Assembly (NCBI GenBank): GCA_963838615.1
Contig: CAWISD010000061.1
Span: forward strand, 675 to 64,674
Direction of reading: 5' to 3'
DNA from: an uncultured Nitrososphaeraceae archaeon
GTDB taxonomy: Archaea > Thermoproteota > Nitrososphaeria > Nitrososphaerales > Nitrososphaeraceae
Length of the DNA stretch: 64,000 bases
Shown: one piece after another, positions 22,231 to 34,310 of the stretch
How positions within the stretch are numbered: the stretch's first letter is position 1
Layout of the letters: each line of letters begins with the position of its first letter
Translations under genes and position numbers: made by a program
The notes under the pieces: generated by a model
Databases searched by the model: none
What the model saw: only the letters and a program-made list of their open reading frames with translations
Told to the model about the DNA's origin: nothing

Positions 22231-23415
22231 TCATTTTTCAAGAATATATTCATCAGAAACCTCCATACCAAAATGTCTTCCTGATGGTTTTTTAGAGAAA
22301 ACCAATATCTCGTCTCCTATTTTAGCATGAGTAACAGGTAAAATTCCTTCATTTTTATCCAAAAATCTTATGGTTTCTGCATTTTGAACTATAATTGTTC
22401 CTATTTCATTTTCATATATCGCTTTGAATAATCTAAGTGGTCTTGTTTCGATTTTTGAACGACCTACAGAAACAATTCTTGTTGACCCTTTGGTATTTAC
22501 AATTAAAACCTGACTTCCAGATTCTAATTCTGATAAGTATTTTGTTGTTCCATCAGGTGTAATTGTATAACAATGAACTGCCCCTGCGTTTACCCTAAAT
22601 GGTCTAGGGGAAGTAAATGAAGATCCAACAGATTCATTATGTACAAGAAACAAAAAATTAGATTTGTTTCCAATCAACATACCTTCACCTTCAGGAGCAT
22701 TGAAACAGTATCAATACAAACTCTTTCACCTGTACCAATATCTTTAATTTCTATTATTTTTGCGGAATAATATTAAAAACAGTATCTTGAATAATATTTT
22801 TTATTTTATTTATTTCTTCTTCATTTTCAGTTTCGAAAATTATGCCATCAACACCTAATTCTAAAACAGTAAATAATGTTTCTACTTCTTCTAATAGACT
22901 TTGCAAATTGCAAATATTTCCGTATTTGTTTTTTGAAGAATTGCAATGATATTTTCCAATGGAATGATTTTCCAATCGTCTACTTCTATAATTACAAAAT
23001 TTGCTCCCTTTTTCCGATAATGTTTTTATTTCATCTATATCCTTATTACTATTTACTTTTTTATATATCACCAATTTGTTTTCTTTGAGCGGATTTATTA
23101 TAGTTATGATCCCCATCTTGTTTAGAATTTATATTAAATAATTTCCTTTGTTGACTGTATTCGAATATTTAAAAGAAAATTTTTCTAATTCTTCAATGCT
23201 ATTTAAAATTACATAGTCTGCATTTTCTGATGGAGAAATTATTTTAAGAGTATAATCCGTTTGAATATATTCAATATTTTTGACAGGATCAAGATATAAT
23301 AAATCGATTTTATCTTTGACTTTATTAATAAATTCAATAGTGGATTTCTTTGAAGAATTTGATTTTTTTAATAATGGCTTTAAAATAATTTTTTTATTTC
23401 TTTTATTTTCTTTTA
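22231..23415 (-). CDS. aroB': 3-dehydroquinate synthase II (archaeal AroB'); several frameshifts, start approximate
   Basis: WKIIPLEN, LELGVDG, GTGERVCIDT, RPFRVNAGAVH, YLSEL.SG, GRSKIETRPL, QNAETIR, GRHFG. Confidence 0.9.
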
Positions 23416-24192
23416 AAATTTTCTAACACCTCATCATATTTTTTATTTTCAATAATAATTTCATAGAGTGCATTTATTATTTTATTTGGATTGTGGATGC
23501 TCAAATATATTTCTTCCAAAAGTAACACCTATAGCACCAGCTTGTATTGCACCATAACACATTTCCAATATATCGTTATTAGTTTTTGATTTAGGTCCAC
23601 CTGCTATAACTATTGGAACCGGACAACTTTTTACTACTTCTCTAAAAGTGTCTATATTGCCAGTATAGATAGTTTTTACGATATCGGCTCCCGCTTCTGC
23701 ACCAATTCTAGCAGTATGAGAGATAATTGATGGATCATGTTGGATTTTTAATATTTTCTCCTCTAGGATACATCATCGCAATTAATGGAATACTCCATTT
23801 ATTACATTCATCAGCAATTAATCCTAATGAATATAACATCATCGGTTCTTCTTTTGACCCAATGTTGATATGCAAAGAAACAGCATCGGCACCTAATCTA
23901 ATTGCTTCCTTAACTGAGCCCAAAAGAACTTTTTTGTTAGGATCAGGACCAAGTGATGTACTACCAGACATATGTGCGATTATTCCAATGTTTATAGGTC
24001 TTGATAGAATTTTGATTATTCCTTTATTTACAAGAATACAAGTTAAACCAGAATTTTCAGTATCATTATAAATTTATTAATATCTTTTATACCTCCTAAT
24101 GGCCCACTACTGATTCCGTGATCCATTGGAACACATAGCATTTTGCCGTTTTTCAATATTCTATTAAGCCGTATATCTTTTCCAAGGACCAT
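23403..24192 (-). CDS. aroA': 2-amino-3,7-dideoxy-D-threo-hept-6-ulosonate synthase (class I aldolase-like AroA'); frameshifted
   Basis: [71 protein letters not shown]; directly upstream of aroB'. Confidence 0.88.
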
Positions 24193-24268
24193 AATAAGAG
24201 AAAAATTATAAACCTATTTAAAAGTGATATGTTTACTATAAGATTATATTGATAATATAATCAAAAAA

Positions 24269-25052
24269 TCAAGATAAATTGCATATCGCAGAGGAAGAAT
24301 ATTTATGTTTATTCCTTTTTATTAAATATAGTATATGATTTATTTTTTCTTTTGGAATATGTGGAAAAGATTTTTCTAATAATGGATAAATCTATATTGT
24401 CTTTATTTTGTTTATTTATAAACATTAAAATTGCATCCAATTCATCAAACAAAAGTCCTATCTCATCTTCTGTTTGTTGATTTATCCATAACCCGGCACT
24501 ACTTTTTTTATAAATTATTTGATTTGGGATATTTAAAAATTTGGCAAACTCTTTAACTTGCGTTTTATAAAGACATCCAATGGGGGATAAATCCGATGCT
24601 CCATCACCATATTTTGTAAAATATCCTATAGTAATTTCCGTTTTATTCGATGTTCCTAGAACCATTTTGTTTAAAAAATTAGCATAATAATATAGAATAC
24701 TCATTCTAATCCTTGATACTAAATTACCTTCAACTAATTTATCATCTGTCTTTCCTAGTGTATCTACAAATTCATATTTAATATTGTTGATATATATTAT
24801 TTTGTATGGTATTTTTAAAATAGAACAAATTTTTATTGCATCATCAATATCCTGTTGAGGTGTGATTTCTTTATCAGGCAATAACAATCCTAATACGTTT
24901 TCATTTCCAAGTGCATGTGAAGCTAAAAAAGCAACTACGGCAGAATCTATTCCTCCTGATAGACCCAAAATAACTCCTCTAGCATTTCCTTCTTGAACTT
25001 TATTTTTGATAAAAATATCGATAGAATTGTTAATTAAAGTAAAATTGTCCAT
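24269..25052 (-). CDS. nadE: NH3-dependent NAD+ synthetase (frameshift near 3' end)
   Basis: LGLSGGIDSAV, GN..SRIRM, GTSNKTE...GYFTKYGDG, SAGLW..Q.TEDEIG; the KHK tail is in the shifted frame. Confidence 0.93.
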
Positions 25053-25191
25053 TTAGTAATAAATTTAATAAATATATAAAATATTAAATTTGTTATAGAA
25101 CGATTTGTAATTGATTATGATAATTTATTATCAAATATTTTACCTGATAGAATTGCTTTAATATCCAAACAGGATATTAAAATTAGATTAG

Positions 25192-26373
25192 ATGGATACG
25201 CGGAATATCGGTTTAAGGAATATCGAAGTTGCAGACACAAAAATCTGCTCTATTGATGGAGAAAATGGCAAACTAATTTACAGAGGCTATGATATTCTGG
25301 ATTTGGCTAATCATTCAACTTATGAAGAAACTGCTTATCTTTTATTATTTGGCGATTTGCCACTTAAAGATGAATTATATGAATTTAATAATAAATTGAT
25401 AGAGTTTAGAACAATTCCTGAATCTATAATAAAAAATATGAAAAATAGACCATCGAATGCTCATCCTATGGATGTTTTGCAATCTGCAGTGTTGGAATTA
25501 GCTGATTATGATTTTAATAGGGTCGATGAAGGAAAAGAATCTAATATTACAAGAGCTATTTCACTTATCGCCAAAATTCCCACAATTGTTGCTGCCTGGG
25601 ATAGAGTTCGGAAAGGTTTGGAAACAGTTGAGCCGTTGAAAGAAAATAATCATGCTCACAATTTTTTATATATGTTAAATGGAGAACACCCAAAACATGA
25701 AGTTTCAAAAATATTTGATATTAGTTTAATTTTGCATGCAGAGCACAGCTTTAATGCATCAACATTTGCAGCTAGAGAAATAGCATCTACAAGAGCAAGT
25801 ATATATGCATGCATTGGTGGTGCACTCGGTGCATTATCTGGGGAGCTCCATGGAGGTGCCAATATACAAGTTATGAAAATGTTGCTTGAAATAAACGATA
25901 TCAATAATGTTGAAAAATGGATTAAAAAGAGAATTGATAGTGGCGGACGAGTTATGGGGATGGGACATGCTGTTTACAAGACAACCGATCCTCGATCTGA
26001 GGTACTTGCTCAATTATCAAGAGCTATATCAAAAGAAAAAAATACTAAATGGTATGAAATAACTGAAAAAGTTGAACGAGTAACAAAAAATATTATGTCC
26101 GAGACTAGGCACATAATGATATATCCGAATGTTGATTTGTATAGTGCATCACTTTATTATAGTTTGGGAATTCCTTTGGATTTGAACACACCTATTTTTG
26201 CTATTTCCAGAATTGCTGGCTGGAATGCACATATAATAGAAGAAAAATTTGCAGAGGCAGCTCCAAAGCCCGCATTGTATCGACCAAAGGCTGTTTACGT
26301 AGGCCGATATTGCGGGCCTATGGGCTGTGAATATACAAGTCTAATGAATAGGACATCTAAAATAAATCCATGA
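25192..26373 (+). CDS. gltA: Citrate synthase
   Basis: LIYRGY, LHAEHSFNASTF, LHGGAN, MGMGHAVYKTTDPR, YPNVDLYS. Confidence 0.95.
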   Translation: MDTRNIGLRNIEVADTKICSIDGENGKLIYRGYDILDLANHSTYEETAYLLLFGDLPLKDELYEFNNKLIEFRTIPESIIKNMKNRPSNAHPMDVLQSAVLELADYDFNRVDEGKESNITRAISLIAKIPTIVAAWDRVRKGLETVEPLKENNHAHNFLYMLNGEHPKHEVSKIFDISLILHAEHSFNASTFAAREIASTRASIYACIGGALGALSGELHGGANIQVMKMLLEINDINNVEKWIKKRIDSGGRVMGMGHAVYKTTDPRSEVLAQLSRAISKEKNTKWYEITEKVERVTKNIMSETRHIMIYPNVDLYSASLYYSLGIPLDLNTPIFAISRIAGWNAHIIEEKFAEAAPKPALYRPKAVYVGRYCGPMGCEYTSLMNRTSKINP

Positions 26374-26464
26374 TCAATTAAATATAATTTAATTTACTAT
26401 ACATTAGTATTAAATATAAATATTTATTAAAATTTATAAATTCTCTTTTTAAATCAATATCATA

Positions 26465-27541
26465 TTGCCATCAGAACAAAAATCTACAAAATACAAGGAT
26501 GTTGGTATAGATATAAAACAAATCAAAAAAATACAAAATCAAATTGGAAAGAATATAGAAAAAACTCACCATTATCTTGATTTTGGAAAGGTTATATCAG
26601 GATTTGGTCATTATGCGGGTATAATTGAAATAGAAGACAAAGTTATGGCGCTTCATACAGATGGAGTTGGAACAAAAATATTGATAGCACAATTAATGGA
26701 AAAATATGACACAATAGGTATTGATTGTATTGCAATGAATGTAAATGATGTAGTATGTGTTGGATCAAAACCAATAGGTTATTTATCCTATATTGCATTA
26801 CAAAAAACAAATGATTTACTTTTAAAAGAGATAACAAAAGGTCTTGTCAAAGGTGCACGAATGTCAAAAATTGCTATTATTGGTGGTGAGACTGCAATCT
26901 TGCCTGATATTATAACAGGTAAAGGAAAAGATTTTAATTTTGATTTGGCTGGAATGATTTTCGGCATTATTAATGATAAAAAAAAAATAATTCTTGGTAA
27001 TAAAATAAAATCGGATGATTTGATTATAGGTATTAATAGCTCGGGGTTACACTCTAATGGTTATACCCTTGCAAGAAAAATACTTTTAGAAAAATATTTG
27101 ATTACCGATAAACCAGAATATATTGAAACAACTCTTGGAAAAGAACTTCTTAAACCAACAGTTATTTACTCAAAAACGATTTTAAAAATAATCGATACAT
27201 TCAATTCCGATATAATACATGGACTATCTCATATCACTGGTGGAGGATTTACAAAGTTAAAGAGATTAAATTCTGGTGTGGATTATATTTTAGACAATCT
27301 GCCAGAAATAAGAGGTATTTTTATGCAGATAATGGTTGATGGAAAAATAGACATAAAAGAAATGTATAAAACTTTTAATATGGGAATTGGATTTTGTATT
27401 ATTGTTTCAAAAGACAAGGTTGAAGATATTATTGATATTATTAACAAAGACAATCATAAATGTCAAATAATAGGAAAAATAAAATCAAATGGCAATGGAA
27501 ATACATTTATTAAAATTAATGAAGAATTGTTAAAGATTTGA
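26465..27541 (+). CDS. purM: Phosphoribosylformylglycinamidine cyclo-ligase
   Basis: HTDGVGTK, GIDCIAMNVND, GGETA, SSGLHSNGY, HITGGG, TFNMGIG. Confidence 0.96.
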   Translation: MPSEQKSTKYKDVGIDIKQIKKIQNQIGKNIEKTHHYLDFGKVISGFGHYAGIIEIEDKVMALHTDGVGTKILIAQLMEKYDTIGIDCIAMNVNDVVCVGSKPIGYLSYIALQKTNDLLLKEITKGLVKGARMSKIAIIGGETAILPDIITGKGKDFNFDLAGMIFGIINDKKKIILGNKIKSDDLIIGINSSGLHSNGYTLARKILLEKYLITDKPEYIETTLGKELLKPTVIYSKTILKIIDTFNSDIIHGLSHITGGGFTKLKRLNSGVDYILDNLPEIRGIFMQIMVDGKIDIKEMYKTFNMGIGFCIIVSKDKVEDIIDIINKDNHKCQIIGKIKSNGNGNTFIKINEELLKI

Positions 27542-27831
27542 TATATTTTTAATCAAAGATACTACATCTACATACACTATTATAAAAAATTAGTTCACAT
27601 CAGTAATATCAAATAAAATAATAGAAATTAGAACAGAGTATAGATACATTAATTGTTTTGTTTATTTTGATATTTAATAATTGATAACAATATTTTTAGA
27701 TTACTCTTGTTTCCTTTTTCCTAACACGTTGCATTTAAAAATATATTTGAAAATATGTAACAAGTAAAAAATTTTTTTTATAAGAGATTTTCATAACATT
27801 TAATTCATAAATGTTGTAATTCATATTATAT

Positions 27832-29664
27832 TTGTTTAAAGATAAAGATATTATAAGTTCATTAGATATTACAGTAAATCCGCCTATAAAAGATATTCAA
27901 GGAATATCTAATAATGATTTGCTGTATATAAAAGCATGTGAAGAAATTGCTAATGAAATTTTATCTTTAAATCCTAATAACATCCTGATTAAAAAAGAAA
28001 TATTAAAAATTGTTAAAAGTAAATCTTCAAAATATAAATTATCAAAAATTCCTAAATATGTAGATATTTTAAAACTTTTACCTGAAGATAATTATTATAA
28101 AAAATTGTTAAAATTAAAACCATCCAAAACCTCTTCTGGAATAGCAGTTATTACTGTAATGCCAATGCCCTTTGAATGTCCCCATGGAAAATGCATTTAT
28201 TGTCCTGGTGGAATAGATGTAAATACTCCATTAAGTTATATTGGTACAGAACCAGCTACCAAAATAGCTCAAAATGTAAACTATGATCCATTTAGACAAG
28301 TTTGGTCAAAAATAATTCAATTGATAGAAAGAGGTCATAGTGCTGATAAAGCAGAACTTGTTATCGTCGGAGGTACGTTTCCTTTTTATCCAATAAATTA
28401 TCAAAAAGATTTTGTTAAAAATTGCTATGATGCTTTTAATTCGTTTAATCTTTATTTATCGGATATAAAAAATAATTATAATACAGATTTTGATAAATAC
28501 AAATCAGTAAAAGGGTATGAATTAAGTGAGAATTTAGAAATGGCAAAAAAAAATAATGAAAATTCCAGTATTAGGTGCGTAGGCCTCACTATAGAAACAA
28601 AGCCTGATTATTGTAAAAAAGAACATATTAATACCATGCTCGAACTGGGGACCACTAGAATTGAGATAGGAGTGCAGTCTTTAAATGATTCAGTTTTTAA
28701 AGCAGTGAATAGAGGTCATTCGCTAAATGATGTATATGAAGCATTTTACCTAGCAAAAAATTTTGGCTACAAAATTGTAGCTCATATGATGCCCGGTTTG
28801 CCCCAATCATCAATAAATCAAGACATAAATGATTTTAAAAAATTATTTGATGATGAAAGATTAAAGCCGGATATGTTAAAAATTTATCCCACACTTGTAA
28901 TTAAAAATACTGGTCTCTACAAACTCTATCAAGATAAAAAATATATAAGTTACTCTACCGATGATTTAGTAAAAATTTTAATAGAAATAAAAAAAATAAT
29001 TCCCCCTTGGACAAGAATAATGAGAATCCAGCGAGAAATAGAATCCAAAGACATCATATCAGGTCCCAAAATAGGTAATTTAAGACAACTAGTTTTAAAT
29101 GAATTAGAAAAACAAGGGTTAAGTTGTAAATGCATCAGATGCCGTGAAATTGGTTTAAAAGATATTGAAAAAGAATTTTCCATGGATGAATTAAAATTAT
29201 TTAGAATAGATTATTTTTCATCAGAAGGAAAAGAAATTTTCTTATCTATTGAGACCAAAGATAATTCCATACTATTTGGATTTTTGAGATTAAGGATTAT
29301 GTCAAATCCTCAAAGAAATGAATTAAGTGATGGGGAAATTATTAATTCGACTACAAAAAAAATACTTTCTGCTGTAGTTAGAGAATTACATGTTTATGGA
29401 CCTGTTGTTAAAATCGGATTAAATTCGATACAAAACAATAATCAAAAAGAAAAAGATATAAAAATCAGTAATAATTCAAAAAAAAACGGATTTATTTATC
29501 AACATAAAGGAATTGGTCAAAAATTACTTAAAGAAGCAGAAAGGATTAGTAAACAAGAATATAGTTTAAAAAAATTATCGGTTATTAGTGCAATAGGAAC
29601 TAGAGAATACTATAAGAAATTTGGATATGTTATTAATGGACCTTATGTTACAAAAACATTATAG
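27832..29664 (+). CDS. elp3: Elp3 radical SAM / KAT tRNA U34 carboxymethyltransferase
   Basis: CPHGKCIYCPGG, GLTIETKPD, LKIYPTLV, CKCIRCRE, VRELHVYG, QHKGIG, VISAIGTREYY. Confidence 0.95.
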   Translation: MFKDKDIISSLDITVNPPIKDIQGISNNDLLYIKACEEIANEILSLNPNNILIKKEILKIVKSKSSKYKLSKIPKYVDILKLLPEDNYYKKLLKLKPSKTSSGIAVITVMPMPFECPHGKCIYCPGGIDVNTPLSYIGTEPATKIAQNVNYDPFRQVWSKIIQLIERGHSADKAELVIVGGTFPFYPINYQKDFVKNCYDAFNSFNLYLSDIKNNYNTDFDKYKSVKGYELSENLEMAKKNNENSSIRCVGLTIETKPDYCKKEHINTMLELGTTRIEIGVQSLNDSVFKAVNRGHSLNDVYEAFYLAKNFGYKIVAHMMPGLPQSSINQDINDFKKLFDDERLKPDMLKIYPTLVIKNTGLYKLYQDKKYISYSTDDLVKILIEIKKIIPPWTRIMRIQREIESKDIISGPKIGNLRQLVLNELEKQGLSCKCIRCREIGLKDIEKEFSMDELKLFRIDYFSSEGKEIFLSIETKDNSILFGFLRLRIMSNPQRNELSDGEIINSTTKKILSAVVRELHVYGPVVKIGLNSIQNNNQKEKDIKISNNSKKNGFIYQHKGIGQKLLKEAERISKQEYSLKKLSVISAIGTREYYKKFGYVINGPYVTKTL

Positions 29665-29668
29665 AACC

Positions 29669-31345
29669 ATGGATGATTCTATTGAAGAAATAACAATTGG
29701 TAAGGGAACGTGGCTAGATAAGGTAGCTTTTACTATCATAGAAAGAGAAAAAAAACTCGGTAGATCGACTGAAATTATTAATGTAGAAAGTGGATTAGGA
29801 GCATCAGGGGTTCCACATATTGGAAGCATGGGTGATGCGGTTAGAGCATTTGGAATTTCACTATCTTTGCAAAATATGGGATATAACTCTGAATTAATAG
29901 CATTTTCTGATGATTTTGATGGGCTTAGAAAAATACCGGCGGGGTTTCCAGAATGGTTAAATGAATATTTATGTAAACCTGTTTCTTCAATACCCGATCC
30001 TTTTGGTGATTGTCATGAATCATATGGTGCGCATATGAGCGGTTTATTATTAGAAGGCCTTGACAAAGTTGGTGTAAAATATAAATTTAAAAGTGGAACA
30101 GAAGTATACAAAAGTGGAAAATTATTAAATCAAATTCACAATATTTTAATTAATAGTAAAATAATAGGTGATAAAATATCTGATTATACAGGTCAAGAAA
30201 AATATGTTAAATTTCTTCCATTTTTTCCCATATGTCAACAATGCGGTCGATTATATGTCGCGAATGCAATAGAATATTTTCCTGATGAAAAAACTTTAAG
30301 TTATTCTTGTATTGGAAATACCATAAATAAAAAACTGATTAAAGGATGTGGTCATCAGGGAGAAATAAAAATTAAAAATGGTGAGGGAAAACTTGCCTGG
30401 AAGGTTGAATTTGCAGCTCGTTGGCATGCGTTTGATATAAGATTTGAAGCATTTGGTAAAGATATAATGGATTCAGTAAGAATAAATGATTGGATTGCTA
30501 GTGAAATATTGAAATTTCATCACCCTTTGCATATAAAATATGAGATGTTTTTAGATAAAGGAGGCAAAAAGATAAGCAAATCTGCAGGAAATGTTTTGAC
30601 TCCTCAGATGTGGCTAAAATATGGAACACCGGAATCCTTGTTATTATTGCTTTATAAAAGAATAGCAGGTACAAGACATATCGGTCTAGAAGATATCCCG
30701 ATTCTTATGGACGAATATGATTTCTATGAGGATATATATTTTAATAAAATTAAAGAAAAAAATATACCCAAAGCAACAAAAATAAAAGGTATTTATGAAT
30801 ATACAAATAATTTAAAACCATCCAACACATCTAAAATTCACATACCATATAGAATATTAATTCAGCAATCAGAATTATTCATCGATCAAGAGGTCAATCC
30901 TGTTGAGAAAATATACGAACGGTTAAAAAAATATGCTTTAACAAAAGATGAAACACCAGAATTAACTAATAAAATAAAACTTTCATTGGAATGGGCAAAA
31001 GAATTTAAAGAAGTTTATGAAGATGAGACGGATGACGAAAATGTAAGCAAAATACAATTAGATAGCAGGCAAAAAGATGCAATAAGTAATGTATTGGAAC
31101 AATTAAGACTAATTACAAACGATCTAGAAAACTCCAAAGTTCAGATTGATTATAATGAAGTGAGTCAAAAAATTCAAACAATAATCTTTTCAAAATCCAA
31201 AGAAAACAACATTGAACCAAAAGATTTTTTCAAAATATTTTACAAGATATTGATAAGTTCTGAAAGAGGTCCTAAATTAGGAAATTATATAGTAGATTTA
31301 GGATTAAGGAATGTTATAAACAAGATAGAAAAAAAAATAAAATAA
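29669..31345 (+). CDS. lysS: Class I lysyl-tRNA synthetase
   Basis: SGVPHIGS (HIGH-like), GKLAWKVEFAARW, KISKS (KMSKS-like), RGPKLG. Likely start is ATG 29669, just after the elp3 stop. Confidence 0.95.
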   Translation: MDDSIEEITIGKGTWLDKVAFTIIEREKKLGRSTEIINVESGLGASGVPHIGSMGDAVRAFGISLSLQNMGYNSELIAFSDDFDGLRKIPAGFPEWLNEYLCKPVSSIPDPFGDCHESYGAHMSGLLLEGLDKVGVKYKFKSGTEVYKSGKLLNQIHNILINSKIIGDKISDYTGQEKYVKFLPFFPICQQCGRLYVANAIEYFPDEKTLSYSCIGNTINKKLIKGCGHQGEIKIKNGEGKLAWKVEFAARWHAFDIRFEAFGKDIMDSVRINDWIASEILKFHHPLHIKYEMFLDKGGKKISKSAGNVLTPQMWLKYGTPESLLLLLYKRIAGTRHIGLEDIPILMDEYDFYEDIYFNKIKEKNIPKATKIKGIYEYTNNLKPSNTSKIHIPYRILIQQSELFIDQEVNPVEKIYERLKKYALTKDETPELTNKIKLSLEWAKEFKEVYEDETDDENVSKIQLDSRQKDAISNVLEQLRLITNDLENSKVQIDYNEVSQKIQTIIFSKSKENNIEPKDFFKIFYKILISSERGPKLGNYIVDLGLRNVINKIEKKIK

Positions 31346-31784
31346 AATAAATGTAATTTATTAATAGAGTTTGATTATCCTGATCATAAATAAGAGATAT
31401 CTTGAATATTTGGTATAAGGTTAAACTCACTCATTTTCATTTTTGTAAGAAAAAACTTGATGTTATGTTTTAGCTCACAAAAATAAAATTGTTTGAATGT
31501 TATAGATATTTTGATCCTTCTTGGAATTAGATAACATTCACTCTAATTTAGTCTTTGATATGAATTAAATCAATTTATAACAATCACTAAATTATGCAAT
31601 TAATGAAATGTTTTTGATATTAAATTTTTTATTCTAATATTACAATTTAATAAAAAATTTTAGATTAAATTAGTTGTTGATGAATTCTTTTTTTTGTTTT
31701 GATTAGGCTAATGAGATTATAGAATAAAAAAATCATTTAAGAATCCACTAAAAGTTTAATTTTTTGATTATTGAACATAAATAA

Positions 31785-32114
31785 TTGAATCATAAATTAC
31801 CTGATATAGATATAGAAATGAAATCAGCAGATGATAGAATAGAATTTTATAGAAAATATTTTGCTGATATGAGATTAAACAGATTGTATTTTCATATTTT
31901 TCTATTAAAGTTTTTTACAGGAGAAAATAACAAGAAAGAAATTATATCATTATTACAATCCAATATAGAATTTTTAGATAAAATTAGCATCTGGACAAAT
32001 CATTTAAAAGAAAATGGAAATTTTGAAGAATTTAAAAAAATTTGTAATGAAGAAATAGTCACTATAAACAGTATAATTGAAATCTATGAAAATCGAATGA
32101 GAAAACGACAATAG
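31785..32114 (+). CDS. Hypothetical protein
   Basis: 109-aa helical-looking ORF, convergent with the next gene. Confidence 0.65.
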   Translation: MNHKLPDIDIEMKSADDRIEFYRKYFADMRLNRLYFHIFLLKFFTGENNKKEIISLLQSNIEFLDKISIWTNHLKENGNFEEFKKICNEEIVTINSIIEIYENRMRKRQ

Positions 32115-32115
32115 A

Positions 32116-32478
32116 TTAAAATTTAGTTTTTAAATATTCTAAAATTAATTTAATAATTTTTTCATGATCTGTTTGTATTTCGAAGGAAATTCTAAGTATA
32201 TATTTTTCCATCGGAAATGTTAATATTTTAATCTTTTCTCGAATGGTTAATGAATAAATGACTTTCCCTAACATCACATCAAAATCAGCATGAATTTTGT
32301 TTATCAATGCATAATCCATATAAATTTTTATTGATTCTGTTTCATGTTCTAAAGAAATTACTCCAGGCTTCATTCCTCCATAAACTAGTATTCCCATCTC
32401 ATCGATAAAACCTACAAATCGAATCTTATTATCAAGATTTAATATATAATCATGCAATGATTTGAAATCTGTTTTCAT
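32116..32478 (-). CDS. Roadblock/LC7-like thaumarchaeal protein (DUF6659-like)
   Basis: ILNLDNKIRFVGFIDEMG..GGMKPG..SL, FD..LGKV.Y...REKI; family assigned from recall. Confidence 0.65.
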   Translation of the reverse strand: MKTDFKSLHDYILNLDNKIRFVGFIDEMGILVYGGMKPGVISLEHETESIKIYMDYALINKIHADFDVMLGKVIYSLTIREKIKILTFPMEKYILRISFEIQTDHEKIIKLILEYLKTKF

Positions 32479-32741
32479 CTTTGTTCTCTGTCTAAAAATA
32501 TATATTGCTTAATATTTAAAAATTGAAATAATACTTTTGGTATTTCATTTAAGAAATGTCACTTATTAATAGATATAGCCGGCATAAAATGTTTTAAAGG
32601 AATTTTTTTAAAAATTTTCAGTTTTGTAAAATTTATAGATTAATATTTGTTTAAAAACCTCTTTTTTTCAAAAGGAATTAAAAAAAGGACTTAAAGTAAA
32701 CAGAAATATGATTTAATAATTTCTGTTTATAAATAATGTAA

Positions 32742-33310
32742 ATGCACAGAGGATATAAAATATTGATATCCAGCGGTATCTTATTGTCCGCTTCTATAAT
32801 TATTTTTTTATATGGGGGATCACATTTAGTGAATTATTTATAACAAATAATCACAGTTTTTCTACTGTTCAAATTAATTTACCTTCTCTTCGATCACATA
32901 ATTCAAGTATTTATATAGATTCTATAAACAAGTTGCTTACGTTAACCATAGCATCGATTAATAATGATCACATTGCATTTAAAGAAGTTGTAATTGGACC
33001 TGATAAAAAAATAATTTCCATTTCAACTTTTCAAAAGACATATTTTTCTACAATAAAGCTAAATAAAACAGGAGAGTATAAAATGATAGTTACAAATACA
33101 GATAAATCAGCAAACAATACATCACTATATATTTTCTTTGGTATTTTGCCATTTCTTAAAGACAATGGAAAATTAAATATTAATAGTTTTACAGGATTAA
33201 TCGGTGGATTAATTTCATTTGGAGTCGGAGTGATTTTGTTTATTATGGGCATAATTTTAATGTTAAAAGATAGGAACAAACAAAATTATAGAAATTACAT
33301 ACCTCGATAA
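32742..33310 (+). CDS. Hypothetical membrane protein (N- and C-terminal TM; frameshift near 32840)
   Basis: ATG at 32742 gives MHRGYKILISSGILLSASIIIFLYGG, which joins ORF 32933..33310. Confidence 0.65.
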
Positions 33311-33383
33311 AACTATACAAAATAATCAAGATAATTTTTTTTAATTATTCTTAAAACGGAAAATTCATTGAAAAAAGGAAAAA

Positions 33384-34310
33384 TTATTTTTTTCCAAAAG
33401 TAGTAAATGGCAAGTCAAAAGAGCTATATATCGGATCTCGATTAAACAAGCTATTAGTTTTTTGTGAAGTAGTTTGTAGGTTATTTGATGTTGTGCTAAA
33501 TGGATTAGTTGAATGATTTATTTTTTTATCGACATTAAAGAGATTTGATACATCTTGATTTATCTGGTTTCCACTGCCGATGTTAGATGTTTCTGTAGGG
33601 GATAAAGATCTAGTTCCACTAATGTCATTACTTAAATTCCATACTGATTTATCACTTTTGTTGCCATGAAATGTGTTTGGATTAGTAAGTGCTACATTGT
33701 TACTTTGTTGTCTTTCTGCGGATTTAGCAAAAACATCGATACTACGAGGTTTTTCAGGTACATGTTTATTTATTACTTGAACATCTTTGGGTTTATTTTT
33801 AAAATGAAAATTGTCTTTATTGCTATTTGGAGTTTTTGATGGAAATGTAGTTCCAAATATGTCAGATGTTTTTGATGAAAGTTTGAATTTACGAACATCA
33901 TCTAGAGGGTTCCATATTGGATTGAATCCCTTATCATTGGTAATGGTTTTGGTAGGTGATGCTGGCTGGAATCCCTTATCATTGGTAATGGTTTTGGTAG
34001 GTGTATTATTAGCAGCTGAAACATGTTGAATTTTGGGCAAATGGTTTAAATCCGGATTTTGATATGGTTTGCTTGCATATTTTTGAGCTCCTGGTAATGT
34101 ATTATCATAGCATACAAACGCATCTGCAAGTGTAAAGTTTGCGCTCTTGTTTACTTTTTGTGTTATACAATTAAAAGCATTATTGAGATCATTTGTATTT
34201 ATAGCTGTTGCATTTGTAATATGTATCATGCCTACTAAAAACCCAATTGATAAAACCGTCATTAAAAGATAGTACAAATTATCCTTTGAAAGATCGATGG
34301 TTTTTTTCAT
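33384..34310 (-). CDS. Secreted low-complexity protein, paralog 1
   Basis: Signal/TM segment, two-Cys helical block, N/S/T-rich body, 15-aa duplication, C-terminal FDLPFT. Confidence 0.75.
   Translation of the reverse strand: MKKTIDLSKDNLYYLLMTVLSIGFLVGMIHITNATAINTNDLNNAFNCITQKVNKSANFTLADAFVCYDNTLPGAQKYASKPYQNPDLNHLPKIQHVSAANNTPTKTITNDKGFQPASPTKTITNDKGFNPIWNPLDDVRKFKLSSKTSDIFGTTFPSKTPNSNKDNFHFKNKPKDVQVINKHVPEKPRSIDVFAKSAERQQSNNVALTNPNTFHGNKSDKSVWNLSNDISGTRSLSPTETSNIGSGNQINQDVSNLFNVDKKINHSTNPFSTTSNNLQTTSQKTNSLFNRDPIYSSFDLPFTTFGKK
33924..34003. repeat. 45-bp-period duplication (35 bp identical)
   Basis: GAATCCCTTATCATTGGTAATGGTTTTGGTAGGTG at 33924 and 33969, encoding PTKTITNDKGF. Confidence 0.92.
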
